IMG/VR virus record: IMGVR_UViG_3300008516_000204
Coordinates: 42,112-106,111 of that record
From: a virus
Length of the DNA stretch: 64,000 bases
Reading direction: 5' to 3' (one strand)
In this document: positions 52,324 through 62,999 of the stretch, in pieces
Numbering within the stretch: position 1 is the stretch's first letter
How the letters are laid out: every line of letters starts with the position of its first letter
Program-made: the position numbers and the translations under genes
The notes under the pieces: model-generated
What the model saw: the letters and a program-made list of their open reading frames with translations, nothing else
Databases searched by the model: none
What the model was told of the DNA's origin: nothing

Positions 52324-52952
52324 TAGATCACCGCAAACCTTATTGTAATTACTGGTGTTTCAACAAAAGGAGTCGGATATGCTGCTGAAATATTCCAGTG
52401 TAAATTAAAATAAAGATTACCTCCACCACCTGGTACAGCTCCTCCATTATTTAGACCTATAACATTTAGACCAGCAATTGGACTCCCAACCCAATTAGAT
52501 CCTGGAGAACTAAAAGTGGTAGCTATCCCATTCAACATACTATTATCTGGATTACCACTTCCTAAACAATTAAGATCTGCTAGTACATGGCTATTAGTAT
52601 TCCAAGCTTCGAGAGTCGGTTCGGTAGCTGTCTCACCATCAAAATAAGCGTTAAAAACATATCTATAATTGCCACTATTAGCCATAAAGATTTCTTTCAG
52701 TTCTGCCCCTACTTCAGAAACATCTAATAAGAAAGTATGGGGAATTTCTTGCTCGCTTGAAGAAAACTGCATAGAAGCATTAGTTAGTTCCAAATCAGTT
52801 GGGGTACCTTCTCCATCCGCTACCTCGCTACTTCCCTTAGAGAAAATGAGCTTATCGGCAGCTAAATTCACCAAAACATAATCAGATTCGTTCCCAGGAT
52901 ATTCATTATCATTATTTGTAACATTAACTCTGATAATACAAGTAGTTGCCAT
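52323..52952 (-). CDS. putative tail structural protein
   Basis: Acidic, beta-rich; tail context. Confidence 0.55.
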   Translation of the reverse strand: MATTCIIRVNVTNNDNEYPGNESDYVLVNLAADKLIFSKGSSEVADGEGTPTDLELTNASMQFSSSEQEIPHTFLLDVSEVGAELKEIFMANSGNYRYVFNAYFDGETATEPTLEAWNTNSHVLADLNCLGSGNPDNSMLNGIATTFSSPGSNWVGSPIAGLNVIGLNNGGAVPGGGGNLYFNLHWNISAAYPTPFVETPVITIRFAVI

Positions 52953-53305
52953 TACTCTCCACTCCTTCTAAATATCGCTGTAAAAGATGTAAAATTTTTA
53001 TAGTCTCCACCAGATGAAATACTAACAAAAAGGGTGTTAGGATAATCAAGTCCATTAACTGTCAAAGTAGCTAAACCAGAGCCAAAAGACAGAGGCAGCG
53101 TCTTGAAGTACTGTTCAAAGTTTGCCCTCGTAGTTTTTGTAACATAAGCATGAACAGTAAGAATTTGCTCTCCTCCACCTCTTCTGCGAATTATACATCC
53201 ATCTGCTCTAGGTATTTTCTTTACTTCCAGCTCATTTGAAAAACTATTTTCTAACCAAGCAAAGTCTCCAATATTGATACTGTTAAAAGTAGCATTAGGA
53301 GTCAT
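52952..53305 (-). CDS. putative distal tail protein
   Basis: Immediately after the tape measure gene; IPRADG motif. Confidence 0.5.
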   Translation of the reverse strand: MTPNATFNSINIGDFAWLENSFSNELEVKKIPRADGCIIRRRGGGEQILTVHAYVTKTTRANFEQYFKTLPLSFGSGLATLTVNGLDYPNTLFVSISSGGDYKNFTSFTAIFRRSGE

Positions 53306-55650
53306 TATTCAACCTCTCCAGGTAGTTGATTTCCAATAAAATGTCCTGTTTCCCTTTCCTCACCTATTATTTTCTTCCTAGCCCTTTCAAGCTCTTCTTT
53401 CAAAATTCTATTTCTCTCGTTACTTCGATTAGTTGCCACTACAACCCCATCTATAAATTTAATGAAAGTTTCATTAAGTAATCTATCTAAAACAGCTTCT
53501 TCTTTTATAACCTCGGTTGCTTCCTCTACGCTTTTTTTGACATCTTCACGAACTTCTTCAGGTGGGGTAGGCTCAATAGGAGCACCAGCCACTGGAGGCA
53601 ATCCTGCCTGTCTTACTTCTCTTTGCCTCTCAAGTTCTCGACCAGTTTCATACCAAGCAGCCCTTGCAGATTCAAGTTCCATAGCTGCATTTCTAATAAC
53701 TTCTGTAAGTCCTTCAAATGGCTTAATCTCTGGGGCTAATCCCAAAGTCATTATCTTCTGAAGAGTATTAAGGGGTCCTATTAAATACTCATCAAAAATT
53801 TGCCTTATTTTCAAAGCACCTAACTTAAAGTTTGCTATAAATACCCGCCAACCAGTTATCATATTTGTAAACCAGTCGGTAACTATATCATTTACTGTAG
53901 TAACTTTATCGCCAAATAATTTTAGATTCCCGATCCATTCGCCTATTTTCCAACCAGCTATCGCTGCACCAACTATCCCTAATGCCCATCCTACTCCTAT
54001 TGCTGCTCCCTTTAATACCGTAAGAGCTTTAGCATAGACTAAACTTTTTGTAATCGCTGCTGCTATATGAACATGAACTAATGCACTAATAATTGAACTC
54101 AAAGTAATAAATAATAAAATTAAAGGTGTCAATCCACCAGTCAACCATAATATTGCTGCTATCATACCCACAGTCTTGGCTATAAAGTCTTTTTGTTTTC
54201 CAGATAACTCATCCCACCAACGACCAAGAGTATTGATTACTTTAACAACCCTTTTAATAGCATCTGGTATTTCCTCACCAATCCCCTTTATGGCAATAGC
54301 TACAAATTCACCAATTGTTTCCCTAAATCTATCTATTCTCTCTTTTAATATATTGAAAAATTCCTCTATTTTTTCTGGGGTTAGTGATTCTATAAAACTG
54401 ATAACTTTATTTTTTACATCTTCAAAACTAACGCCATACTGTTCCAAAAGTCCTAATATTCCCTTTACAATATTTTCAAAAGTCTTGTTCTCATCCACTG
54501 CTTCAGTTACTGCTACAACCAAATTTCTCAGAGAAAAAGTAGCATCTGTCAGAGGTTGCCTATATGAATCATAAATAGTTGTTCCTAATAATTTTATAGA
54601 AGCTACCAAATCTTTCACTCGACCAATAAAGGTCTTTCTCATTTCCTCGGCCATTCTCTCTGTGGCACCCTCTGATTTGACCAAATCGTCAGTAAATTTC
54701 TTAAATGTCTCTGGTCCCATTCGTCTCAAGACACTTATCGCAGTCGCTGCTCTTCTTCCAAATAATTTGAAAATATCTGCTGTCTTGACAGAGCTTCTAC
54801 CTAGTTCCTTTAAAATCTTATCAAAATCCCTTAGTTCTCCTCCCGAAGTGAGGAATGATATTCCGAGCTTGTCTAACAATTTCTGCTCTGCCTTGGTGGG
54901 ACTCAGCATCTTTGCTATCGCTGCCCGAAGCCCTGTGGCTGCTTTGCTACCTCTTACACCAGCATTTGCCAACATCATAATGAGTGAGCCAGTTTCCTCT
55001 AAGCTTAGTCCGACTGATGTGGCGATTGGTGCGATATAGGATAGCGTATTGGAGAGATCTTCCATAGTTTCATTACTACCAGTTACAATGGTTGCCATAA
55101 CATCTGCCATATGCCCTGCTTCATTAGCAGCCTTTCCAAAGCCATATAAGGAAGCCACAACCATGTCTGAGGCTATAGCCATCTCCATATTGGTTGCAAT
55201 AGCCAATTCCAAGATAGGCTGTATTGCATCGAAAGTTTGACCTACATCGAAGCCAGCTCTACCGAGAATAACCATACCCTCGGCTGCTTCAGTTGCACTG
55301 AATAAAGTTTCTCTCCCTAACTCTTTAGCTCTGTCTGTCAACATTATTATATCTTCGGCTGCTACTTCAGCTCCCTTGCCAATCATAATAAAGACTCTCT
55401 TCATAGCATCTTCAAAATGAGCACCTTCTATGGTAGCTCCGACTAATACTCCTGTTATTCCAACAAGCCCAATTTGAAATGCCCTGATTCCTATTGTAGA
55501 TATCTTTGTAAAGGCACTACTTATTCCAGAAGTCAAACCAATCGATAACAGAGAAAAGTCACGAATTAGGGAAGAGGCACTCGCCAATCCTGCCCTTATA
55601 TGACTCACATCCGCAGTTATATCAACTTCTATAAAACCAATTTTTGCCAT
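53305..55650 (-). CDS. tail tape measure protein (TP901-type core)
   Basis: AKELG.ET.FSATEAAEGM..LGRAG, ADVMA, LANAG..GS.A.T.LR, FG.RA; hydrophobic mid-region. Confidence 0.93.
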   Translation of the reverse strand: MAKIGFIEVDITADVSHIRAGLASASSLIRDFSLLSIGLTSGISSAFTKISTIGIRAFQIGLVGITGVLVGATIEGAHFEDAMKRVFIMIGKGAEVAAEDIIMLTDRAKELGRETLFSATEAAEGMVILGRAGFDVGQTFDAIQPILELAIATNMEMAIASDMVVASLYGFGKAANEAGHMADVMATIVTGSNETMEDLSNTLSYIAPIATSVGLSLEETGSLIMMLANAGVRGSKAATGLRAAIAKMLSPTKAEQKLLDKLGISFLTSGGELRDFDKILKELGRSSVKTADIFKLFGRRAATAISVLRRMGPETFKKFTDDLVKSEGATERMAEEMRKTFIGRVKDLVASIKLLGTTIYDSYRQPLTDATFSLRNLVVAVTEAVDENKTFENIVKGILGLLEQYGVSFEDVKNKVISFIESLTPEKIEEFFNILKERIDRFRETIGEFVAIAIKGIGEEIPDAIKRVVKVINTLGRWWDELSGKQKDFIAKTVGMIAAILWLTGGLTPLILLFITLSSIISALVHVHIAAAITKSLVYAKALTVLKGAAIGVGWALGIVGAAIAGWKIGEWIGNLKLFGDKVTTVNDIVTDWFTNMITGWRVFIANFKLGALKIRQIFDEYLIGPLNTLQKIMTLGLAPEIKPFEGLTEVIRNAAMELESARAAWYETGRELERQREVRQAGLPPVAGAPIEPTPPEEVREDVKKSVEEATEVIKEEAVLDRLLNETFIKFIDGVVVATNRSNERNRILKEELERARKKIIGEERETGHFIGNQLPGEVE

Positions 55651-55659
55651 ACTAATTCC

Positions 55660-55959
55660 TTAAATTGTAACCTTTTTTACTTTTCCGTCTTTATCTCTTT
55701 CTATTTTGCCACCCATTTGGGTAGCCATCTGAACAATATCCGATGTAGGCAGTTTCTTTTTAATGCCCTTAATGGGTCTTTGTGGGTGAAACCCACCTGT
55801 TCCCTCGATTGCCTCGTTCTCCTTTTTGTGCCGTTCCCCGATTGCTTTTAATAATAACGAGATTTGATTGAGGTTAAGCCGTTTAATATCTTCCAGCGTC
55901 CACCCATATTCAAAAGCTATAATATCACAGATGACCGCCCAATCTGTCTTATTGGGCAT
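55660..55959 (-). CDS. tail assembly chaperone, second ORF (gpT-like)
   Basis: A.EYGWT.EDI..L pattern; directly upstream of the tape measure gene. Confidence 0.65.
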   Translation of the reverse strand: MPNKTDWAVICDIIAFEYGWTLEDIKRLNLNQISLLLKAIGERHKKENEAIEGTGGFHPQRPIKGIKKKLPTSDIVQMATQMGGKIERDKDGKVKKVTI

Positions 55960-55977
55960 AGTATATTCCTTTTCCTC

Positions 55978-56298
55978 TTATTTGCCTATTAACTTGCTTA
56001 TATTTTTCTGACCAACCATAGCACCGATTATTTTCTGAAGGTCAACTAAATCTACCATATCGCCAACTTGCTTTTTAGTCAGCTTATCTGCACCACTGGT
56101 TTTTAATCCGACATAAGCAAGCTCAACCATATCCTTAAGATTTTCTATGGTAACAGTTTTTTCCTTCAAACCCTCTAATCGTTCTATAAAAGGCCATACC
56201 TCTATTAGCTGATTAATAGGTAGAGGTCTGATTTTATACTCTGCTCCACCTAATTTTACCACAACTTCTTTTTCCGATAGAATATTTTCGTTTGCCAT
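55978..56298 (-). CDS. tail assembly chaperone (gpG-like)
   Basis: Position between tail tube and tape measure; V.LGG.EY.IRPL. Confidence 0.65.
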   Translation of the reverse strand: MANENILSEKEVVVKLGGAEYKIRPLPINQLIEVWPFIERLEGLKEKTVTIENLKDMVELAYVGLKTSGADKLTKKQVGDMVDLVDLQKIIGAMVGQKNISKLIGK

Positions 56299-56323
56299 AT
56301 TCCTATCCTCCTTTTTATTTTAA

Positions 56324-56686
56324 TTATGCAGCTTCAGATTTGTGCCATTCCAATGAAGTAGCCACAAAACCATCCTGCGTGGCTGCGATTTCTGCCGAAA
56401 CCAATACCATATTGGTAAGAGTTACAACGATACCTCCCCCATGTTCGCCTGCTTCCAATTCCAGAGTTTCTCTAACTCCAAAAGTGGGTTCGGCTGCATC
56501 ATAATCTGCACTTTCAGCTGTTACTGTTAGAGACTGATCCCCATTATGAATCTCGATAGGATATCTAAAATCTCCTCCACGATATTCTACAGGAGCTCCA
56601 TCATAACTAACAGTAATACTCCTGCAAACTCCTACATAAGTTGTGTCACCTCTTTTGATACGTCCCACACTAAACTTTAATGCCAT
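56324..56686 (-). CDS. probable tail tube protein
   Basis: Synteny, acidic beta-rich sequence, strong GGAGG RBS. Confidence 0.6.
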   Translation of the reverse strand: MALKFSVGRIKRGDTTYVGVCRSITVSYDGAPVEYRGGDFRYPIEIHNGDQSLTVTAESADYDAAEPTFGVRETLELEAGEHGGGIVVTLTNMVLVSAEIAATQDGFVATSLEWHKSEAA

Positions 56687-56715
56687 TTGAAAACACCTCC
56701 TCTTTGCTTAATTTT

Positions 56716-57141
56716 TTAACCTTGCGGTTCTGTTACATCATCCATCACTATATCAAATGTAATCGTTCGATGCCATAGCATACTCTCATCCTCATATATA
56801 ATTGTACTAGCATTCTTCTGTATCCTATACACTTCCAATTCACCACTTGTTAAATGCTGTCCATTTAATAATTTTACAACCAGCTCACCTATTTGACTTG
56901 CACTAGTATAACCACAATATCTACTAACCCAAATATCAATATAAAAAGTTGGATAGCACACACCAAATTGAGCATCCGATGAGCCATCGTCCATTCTCAT
57001 TGTAATCTGTGGAAGCCAAGGAATACTGACATCTCTCGGCTTTATCGGCTTAGATGCTAAATATATTCTGTCTCCGACATAGGAAGCCAAAGTTGCATCG
57101 GCTACTAATAAAATCCTCACTTCCTTAATAAAGTCTAACAT
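56716..57141 (-). CDS. tail terminator (DUF3168-like)
   Basis: L.AD..L...VGDRIY, P.IT, IDIW. Confidence 0.75.
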   Translation of the reverse strand: MLDFIKEVRILLVADATLASYVGDRIYLASKPIKPRDVSIPWLPQITMRMDDGSSDAQFGVCYPTFYIDIWVSRYCGYTSASQIGELVVKLLNGQHLTSGELEVYRIQKNASTIIYEDESMLWHRTITFDIVMDDVTEPQG

Positions 57142-57145
57142 TTTT

Positions 57146-57541
57146 CTATATCAGCCTTTTCCTTAACATTCTGTGCTCATAGTCATTTTTCTCGATTGCA
57201 CTATCTATGTGCCTTCCGAGCTTAGCCAAAATAAATTCCCTATTCTGCGTAACCGCTGGCCACAGATACGGTCTGGCACTCATAAACCTTGTACCCATTT
57301 CGACATAGTAGGCGTATCTCGTATATGCTCCAACTGTTCCAGTAAACCAAACTCTCTTTCTTGTAAGCCGTCTTCTCATACTTTCTTTTAACTTGCCTGT
57401 ATCTACTGGAACTATGCGTTTACCATCAGCTAAAACTTTGCTGGTTACGACATCCATACCATCGATAACTTCTTTTTGGACATCATTGGCAAAATCTTTC
57501 ATATGTCTAATTGTTTCTTCTACACCTTTAAGCTGTACCAT
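57146..57541 (-). CDS. HK97 gp10-like neck protein
   Basis: PVDTG.L..S, YA.YVE.GT..M.ARPYL.PA. Confidence 0.9.
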   Translation of the reverse strand: MVQLKGVEETIRHMKDFANDVQKEVIDGMDVVTSKVLADGKRIVPVDTGKLKESMRRRLTRKRVWFTGTVGAYTRYAYYVEMGTRFMSARPYLWPAVTQNREFILAKLGRHIDSAIEKNDYEHRMLRKRLI

Positions 57542-57685
57542 CTTATTCTACTTCCCAGTTTAATAATCTAAGTTCATCATTGACTTCAAGTAAAGCATAA
57601 CAAATATAACTTGAACCTAATCTATAATTATCCACGAACCAATGATCTAATATTTTAACTTTTATTTTAAAATTTACATAAGCCA

Positions 57686-58033
57686 TTACAATAAATCCGT
57701 TCTTCTCGCCATTATTTGAAAATGATGTAGCGAAGTCTTCCCATATAATTTCTCGATAAGTAAAATTTCGTATTGTTCGGAAGTCCCATCTATCTTGATA
57801 ATATCGCCCTCTACGATATCGATGTTACTCAAAGCAAAAATCTCATTAGTAATATCCACTGTTTGTCCTTGATAAGCAGTTGTTAAGCCTTTGCCTTTCA
57901 TTGGATCTATTCTAACTTTTGTAACTGCCTGCTGAGTTGGGTCAGTGGGGCAAACTTCACCATAATCATTGATGCTGTAACCTATTGCCCTATATATCCT
58001 TGCATCTAGATTGAGATAATCCTGAAATGCCAT
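57686..58033 (-). CDS. head closure / head-tail adaptor
   Basis: DYGE, DI.EGD.I, YEI, HH motifs; synteny. Confidence 0.7.
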   Translation of the reverse strand: MAFQDYLNLDARIYRAIGYSINDYGEVCPTDPTQQAVTKVRIDPMKGKGLTTAYQGQTVDITNEIFALSNIDIVEGDIIKIDGTSEQYEILLIEKLYGKTSLHHFQIMARRTDLL

Positions 58034-58798
58034 TTACTTTGCTCCTATATTGTTAAATACTAAAATTCTATTTTTTACTCTGCCTAAATCTTTCAGTTCG
58101 TGCTCCCAAATAATAAGAGTTTTGTAACCATATTTCTTATAAGTTATTAATCTTTGTTTATCTCGTTTCTTATAATCTGCTAAATTGTGCCAATAATCTC
58201 CATAGAGTTCTATTATCTTTTTCTGACCATTCACATTTATAAAATCTGGATTATATCTATTAATAATAAATTCCCAATTACCAACATACTTATATTCCTT
58301 GGGTAATAGTTTCTTGAGAAGTTTATTCAACATTTTTTCTGGTTTATTGGGTTTAGTATTTAATGCTTTTAATCTTGCTTTCATTACTTTTGTTACATAT
58401 TTTTTATCTTGCCAATGTTTCGTTGTTGCTATTCTACTTGCGCAAGATAAACACCTTCTGCTACCTCCATAAAACCAATTAGCATAACTTATTTCATTAT
58501 TACAACCTTTTTCTATACAAAAGTGTTTCTTATGCCTTTCTGGATTACGAATCTTTCCTAAATTTTTTTCTCTCAATTTTTCTTTAGTTTCTTCAGTACG
58601 ATGCCTACCAATTAATGCCTCGCTAACTGTTCTGATAGGAATATTATATTTAATCAAATTTCGTCTTACTGTCTCTGATTTACACCCTATCATATTAGCA
58701 ACTTGTTGCATAGATTTTTCATTTTTACTATACTCTTCTACCAAATATTCTTTAGTTATATAGTATTTTATTTTTGTCATCTTTATTCCAATACTCAA
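58034..58798 (-). mobile_element. free-standing homing endonuclease (HTH + Cys module + Vsr/DUF559-like nuclease)
   Basis: KPNKPE, NPDFIN.NGQKKIIELYGDYWH; paralog of 22380..23147. Confidence 0.8.
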
Positions 58799-58886
58799 TT
58801 CCTAATAAAAAATTCTGAGTCTACTAAATATAATTTGCCAGCAAACTCTTTACGCTGATACAATTAGGTATTTATAATTGTTATTA

Positions 58887-59513
58887 TTAAACAGTCCTAG
58901 CGTATGGACCGCGCCTTTTGTAATTGTCTAAAATACTAATTTTAGCTTCTTTTACTTGTGCATCAATCTTTTTTTCTATCGTGTAGTAATCTTTCTGGTA
59001 TGAAACAGAATATTCCCCGATTTTTTCGCTTTCTACTTCCTGTTCTCTTATAGTGTCCTTTAATTTAGCGAGAGCCAACTGTGCTACCAATAAACTACAG
59101 ACATACTGAATATCTTCTGGCACATCGGTATATCCCCATTTATATGAAACCGAAACTTTCTGCCTGCCCTTTGTAAAATAGGGTGTGTCATACAAGGCTC
59201 CGAATGTCGTATCGGTCTTGAGGGCTACTACCGCTTCCTCAACATAAAGGAGATAGTCATCTTCGTCAACAACTTCGCCATCATCTTTCAACTCGGTTAT
59301 CTCGATTACAGGGCCATTATCCAGCAAAATGTTATCCTGATTGGTCGTTTCTATATCGTGCTTTTCGCCTGTAACTTCGATTTCTTGCCCGAAAACAGTG
59401 CAGGTATAATTGTCTATCTGCCCACTAGCCCACTCTATCCAGCTATCGTTTATCTGGCACTCCTCAATATTCGGAAGAATACTTATCACCTGACTTTTAG
59501 TACAGTAACCCAT
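58887..59513 (-). CDS. head-tail connector protein
   Basis: YCT...V, AS..ID.Y, V.Y..GY..VPEDI, SEKIGEYSVSY. Confidence 0.8.
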   Translation of the reverse strand: MGYCTKSQVISILPNIEECQINDSWIEWASGQIDNYTCTVFGQEIEVTGEKHDIETTNQDNILLDNGPVIEITELKDDGEVVDEDDYLLYVEEAVVALKTDTTFGALYDTPYFTKGRQKVSVSYKWGYTDVPEDIQYVCSLLVAQLALAKLKDTIREQEVESEKIGEYSVSYQKDYYTIEKKIDAQVKEAKISILDNYKRRGPYARTV

Positions 59514-59528
59514 TTTTTATCCTTTTAT

Positions 59529-59795
59529 TTAAACGCCCACAACCAAAATTATCACGTGGTCTTCGCTCGCAACAGCATCAATAGTTACCTTGTTACTTTC
59601 ACTCACTGTGCAGGCATAAAGAGCTCCATCTGCCAAATCAATTGCTGTCGCCTGATCAACAGTAGTTAATTGGACGACCTGTATGTAATCGTCGGTATGC
59701 GAAATCGATTCCACTTCGATGGCTAGGTATTTCTTCAAGTTCGTTATCGTGCGTGCTCTGCCCTGTTCCTTAATGTTATAATATTTCTGTGCCAT
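59529..59795 (-). CDS. small virion-module protein (possible decoration protein)
   Basis: Good RBS, beta-rich, upstream of the connector. Confidence 0.45.
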   Translation of the reverse strand: MAQKYYNIKEQGRARTITNLKKYLAIEVESISHTDDYIQVVQLTTVDQATAIDLADGALYACTVSESNKVTIDAVASEDHVIILVVGV

Positions 59796-59859
59796 TTCAC
59801 ACCACCTTTCTCACTCGTTTTATATTGCTTTCCTATACTGGAATTTAATTTTTCTTTCA

Positions 59860-60540
59860 TCATAGCACCTTCAGATTTTTCAAATCTTTTTGCATTAATA
59901 TTTGTAATTTAATATCTGGATACTGTTTTAAGAATTTCTTGATTTTAAAATAAGCTATTTCACTCATATAACCTTTTATTTCTACATAAACACTATCAGA
60001 TAATTTAAAATCAGGTGTGTAAGTTGTACTGCCTAAATCGAAGGTTTTAGGTTCATATTGCCATTTAATTCCTAATTTATCCAAATATTTCGCAAATTTT
60101 ATTTCCCAAGAACTTCTCATATTTATTCCTTTATATTTTCCCCATTTTGGTAGTTTTGTTTGTCTTCCATAAAAAGGAGAATTTTTTCCTGCCATTCTCT
60201 TACTATGTTTTGGTCTTTTCTTTCCTGTCCAATATCCTACTTTTCCAAACATGGGATTATTTGAACCTTGATGATTATGTTTACCTATATTACCTAATCT
60301 AATTTTATTTTTATGCTCTTCTGTTTTGAAAATTCCTTTAAGTGCTTCGCTTAAAGTTCTAATAGGAATATTGCATTCTATTAATCTTCGTCTTATAGTT
60401 AATCGTTCACAATTTATTATATTAGCCACTTTTTGCATAGATTTTTTATTTTTGATATACTCCTTTATTAAAAATCCTTTAGTTATATCATGCCTATAAT
60501 TTGAATTATTTTTATCTAACATCTTAAAAATTACTCCCAA
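59860..60540 (-). mobile_element. free-standing endonuclease (HTH + NUMOD-like + PD-(D/E)xK domain)
   Basis: ITK.FL..EY HTH module; MRSSWE...W.YEPKTFDLG...YTPDF...VEIKG. Confidence 0.8.
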
Positions 60541-61957
60541 AGAATATAGAGTTGTCTACTGCTACATCCCTCGCAAAAAAATTGTCTACATAAAAAGTGT
60601 TATCGGCATCTGCGTTTATTATTTTTATTATTATCTGGTCTATATCATCTTTATCACCATCAGCAATTCCAGATATATCCCAAGTTTTAGTTTCCCAAAC
60701 TCCCGCTGAAGAAATTGCAATATCCTTAGTATGTGTTGTATAATCTGCTTCCATCATCTCTATTTCCTTGACTGCCCAGACAATTTGACTCTCAGATGGG
60801 TTAGCGTTTGCCAACAATCGCCAATATCTATGAGAAGAAGTTGTCTCAGTTACATCCTTGGTTTGAAAACTACCATCCTTCACAAGAGAAAACGTTTGAA
60901 GCGATGTCCAGGCAGAACCATTATCGCTATATTGCAATATGACAGAATCTATATTATTATCACCAATATATTGCTGAATGGTAAATCTTGCTACTGCTAT
61001 ATCATTCCCAGCTCCTCTATCATAGCCGATGTATGCAACACCACTTACGCCTCCATTTCTTTGTGCTGAAGCCCAAAAAGTTCCAGTATCATCATCAAAT
61101 GCTCGCTCTTTTACACGTTCCGCGTCGTCGCCTCCACTAATAGCTGAACCACCAATGCATAAATCAGCAGTATAACCAAGTTGTTTCAATTGTAATTGAA
61201 TATTAGTCCCTGTTCTGGAAGCATAAACATCTACTTTAATTTCATCTTTGTCTGTTAAGTCTATAGATAATCCAGATTTAGTTAATGTATCGTTTAAAGA
61301 ATCTGTTTGAAACGCTATTGCTTTAAGAGAATATGCACCTTGTGTTTTAATAGTATCTTCGGAATAGCATTGAAGATTAGGGTTTCCATAAAGGTAGAAG
61401 CAAGTATCAACAGTTGACCAAGAATACCAGCTCCCCTGAAACTTGTAATTTCCATTCCCTTCATGTGTTGGAGTTGAAGAATCACGACCAACATAAATAG
61501 GCTGATTTAAAACATTATCACCATTAATGACTATACAATAATCTCCAGCCGAAGCAAGATATGGTGTTGAGAAAGTAAAAGTTACTAAAGCATAGACTAC
61601 TCCAATACCAGAGCTATCCACCGCATCTGAAGTAGCAAGTGCAGAACCAGTAGGTATTGCATTTGTTCCAACAGTTCCTGTAGCTGCATATATCATTGCA
61701 TATAAGTTTCCAGTTGGTGCAGTTACCCTTTTTAAATAGAATTTTACACTAGTTATAATAGTTTGAGTAGTTAAAGTTATTGCTTGTCCAGTTTCGGTGA
61801 ATCGGTTTTCATCGTCTCCTTGAATCCTTGAATCACTATCTTGATTTGCTTCTGAGTAGAAGTCAATAGTAGATATTGTAGTATCACTACTCACATAATT
61901 GGCTTGAACACTTGCATCGCTAGCGTATTCCATATAATCAAGTTCCAATTTTGCCAT
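60524..61957 (-). CDS. virion adhesin with discoidin (F5/8 type C)-like and beta-sandwich domains
   Basis: AFDDD..T.W.S, LQYSDNGS.WT, RYWRL, EIEM. Confidence 0.75.
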   Translation of the reverse strand: MAKLELDYMEYASDASVQANYVSSDTTISTIDFYSEANQDSDSRIQGDDENRFTETGQAITLTTQTIITSVKFYLKRVTAPTGNLYAMIYAATGTVGTNAIPTGSALATSDAVDSSGIGVVYALVTFTFSTPYLASAGDYCIVINGDNVLNQPIYVGRDSSTPTHEGNGNYKFQGSWYSWSTVDTCFYLYGNPNLQCYSEDTIKTQGAYSLKAIAFQTDSLNDTLTKSGLSIDLTDKDEIKVDVYASRTGTNIQLQLKQLGYTADLCIGGSAISGGDDAERVKERAFDDDTGTFWASAQRNGGVSGVAYIGYDRGAGNDIAVARFTIQQYIGDNNIDSVILQYSDNGSAWTSLQTFSLVKDGSFQTKDVTETTSSHRYWRLLANANPSESQIVWAVKEIEMMEADYTTHTKDIAISSAGVWETKTWDISGIADGDKDDIDQIIIKIINADADNTFYVDNFFARDVAVDNSIFFGSNF

Positions 61958-61992
61958 AGTAATTTCCTTTATTTATGCTTTATTTTTCATAA

Positions 61993-62988
61993 TTAACTAA
62001 AATCCAGACTTATCATCCCATAATAATTCGTTCCATCGAAATAGAAACTTACAATATCCACATCATTTTCACCTGTTGAAAGGGTTGGCACTGTACCGCC
62101 TACCCATTTAATATCTGTATCCCAATTTGTGATTACCCTACTACCTGTTCCATCCTGTATTATTTTCAATACCAAATTACATGGATTTGATGGATTTGTA
62201 AATGCTAATGTTGTAATATTTCCCGCCCCAAAAGTTAATGATGCCTTATTGCTTAATTTCCAATCAATAGTAGTGGTTCCTGAATCATATGAAACTGTTT
62301 GCTGTGTAAATCCTATACTATGTGCTCCAGCATCTAACTCTCCTCCTAATTCAGGAGTAGTGTCTTCCACTATATTTGCCAATGGGCCAGTCGGACCTGT
62401 TTTACCTTGTGTTCCCTGTGGGCCAGTCGGTCCTGTAGTTCCTACTCCAGTAACTCCTTGGGTACCTTGTGGACCAGTTGGTCCTTGCAGTCCAGTAGGA
62501 CCTTGAACACCCTGTAGACCAGTCGAACCAGTCTTACCCTGCAAACCTGTTGGACCCTGTAACCCAGTAGGACCTGTTTTACCTTGCAATCCTGTCGGAC
62601 CAGTTATCCCTTGTACTCCCTGTGGTCCAGTAGAGCCAGTTGCTCCTTGTGAACCTATTTCGCCTTGAGGTCCCTGTAATCCAGTGGGACCAGTAGGTCC
62701 TATATACTCCGACCAAGAGGTAATATACTTATAATATTTATTTTCGTCTTCTATCCATGCTATCCAACCCTCTGCTGGGGTTATATTTTGCCAAACAGCA
62801 CTTCCCGCATCACCCGCTACCGTACAGTAAACTATATCATTGATACTAAATGCTGACCACTGTCCACCCACACCAGCTATTATGTATCTGTCTCCTTTAC
62901 TTGCAGCTGGGGAGGTTGTGAGGTCTTTATCAATTACTGGCTGCTGCCATGCGTTTTTATTTCGTGCTTCTACTAGGTAATTTGCCAT
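61993..62988 (-). CDS. collagen-like fibre protein with DUF2793-like N-terminal domain
   Basis: GDRYII...W...P.EGW.AW..DE; about 35 Gly-X-Y triplets; C-terminal QDGTGSR...W..G..P.LST...D. Confidence 0.85.
   Translation of the reverse strand: MANYLVEARNKNAWQQPVIDKDLTTSPAASKGDRYIIAGVGGQWSAFSINDIVYCTVAGDAGSAVWQNITPAEGWIAWIEDENKYYKYITSWSEYIGPTGPTGLQGPQGEIGSQGATGSTGPQGVQGITGPTGLQGKTGPTGLQGPTGLQGKTGSTGLQGVQGPTGLQGPTGPQGTQGVTGVGTTGPTGPQGTQGKTGPTGPLANIVEDTTPELGGELDAGAHSIGFTQQTVSYDSGTTTIDWKLSNKASLTFGAGNITTLAFTNPSNPCNLVLKIIQDGTGSRVITNWDTDIKWVGGTVPTLSTGENDVDIVSFYFDGTNYYGMISLDFS
62385..62700 (-). repeat. collagen Gly-X-Y coding repeat (GPT/GLQ/GPQ)
   Basis: 9-bp periodic, degenerate repeats. Confidence 0.9.
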
Positions 62989-62999
62989 TATTTATTTCC

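Noticed and set aside
58799-58886. Structured RNA or intron in the gap before endonuclease 58034
   Set aside because: Only short AT-rich inverted repeats (ACAATTA-N8-TAATTGT); the flanking genes appear complete, so nothing needs splicing
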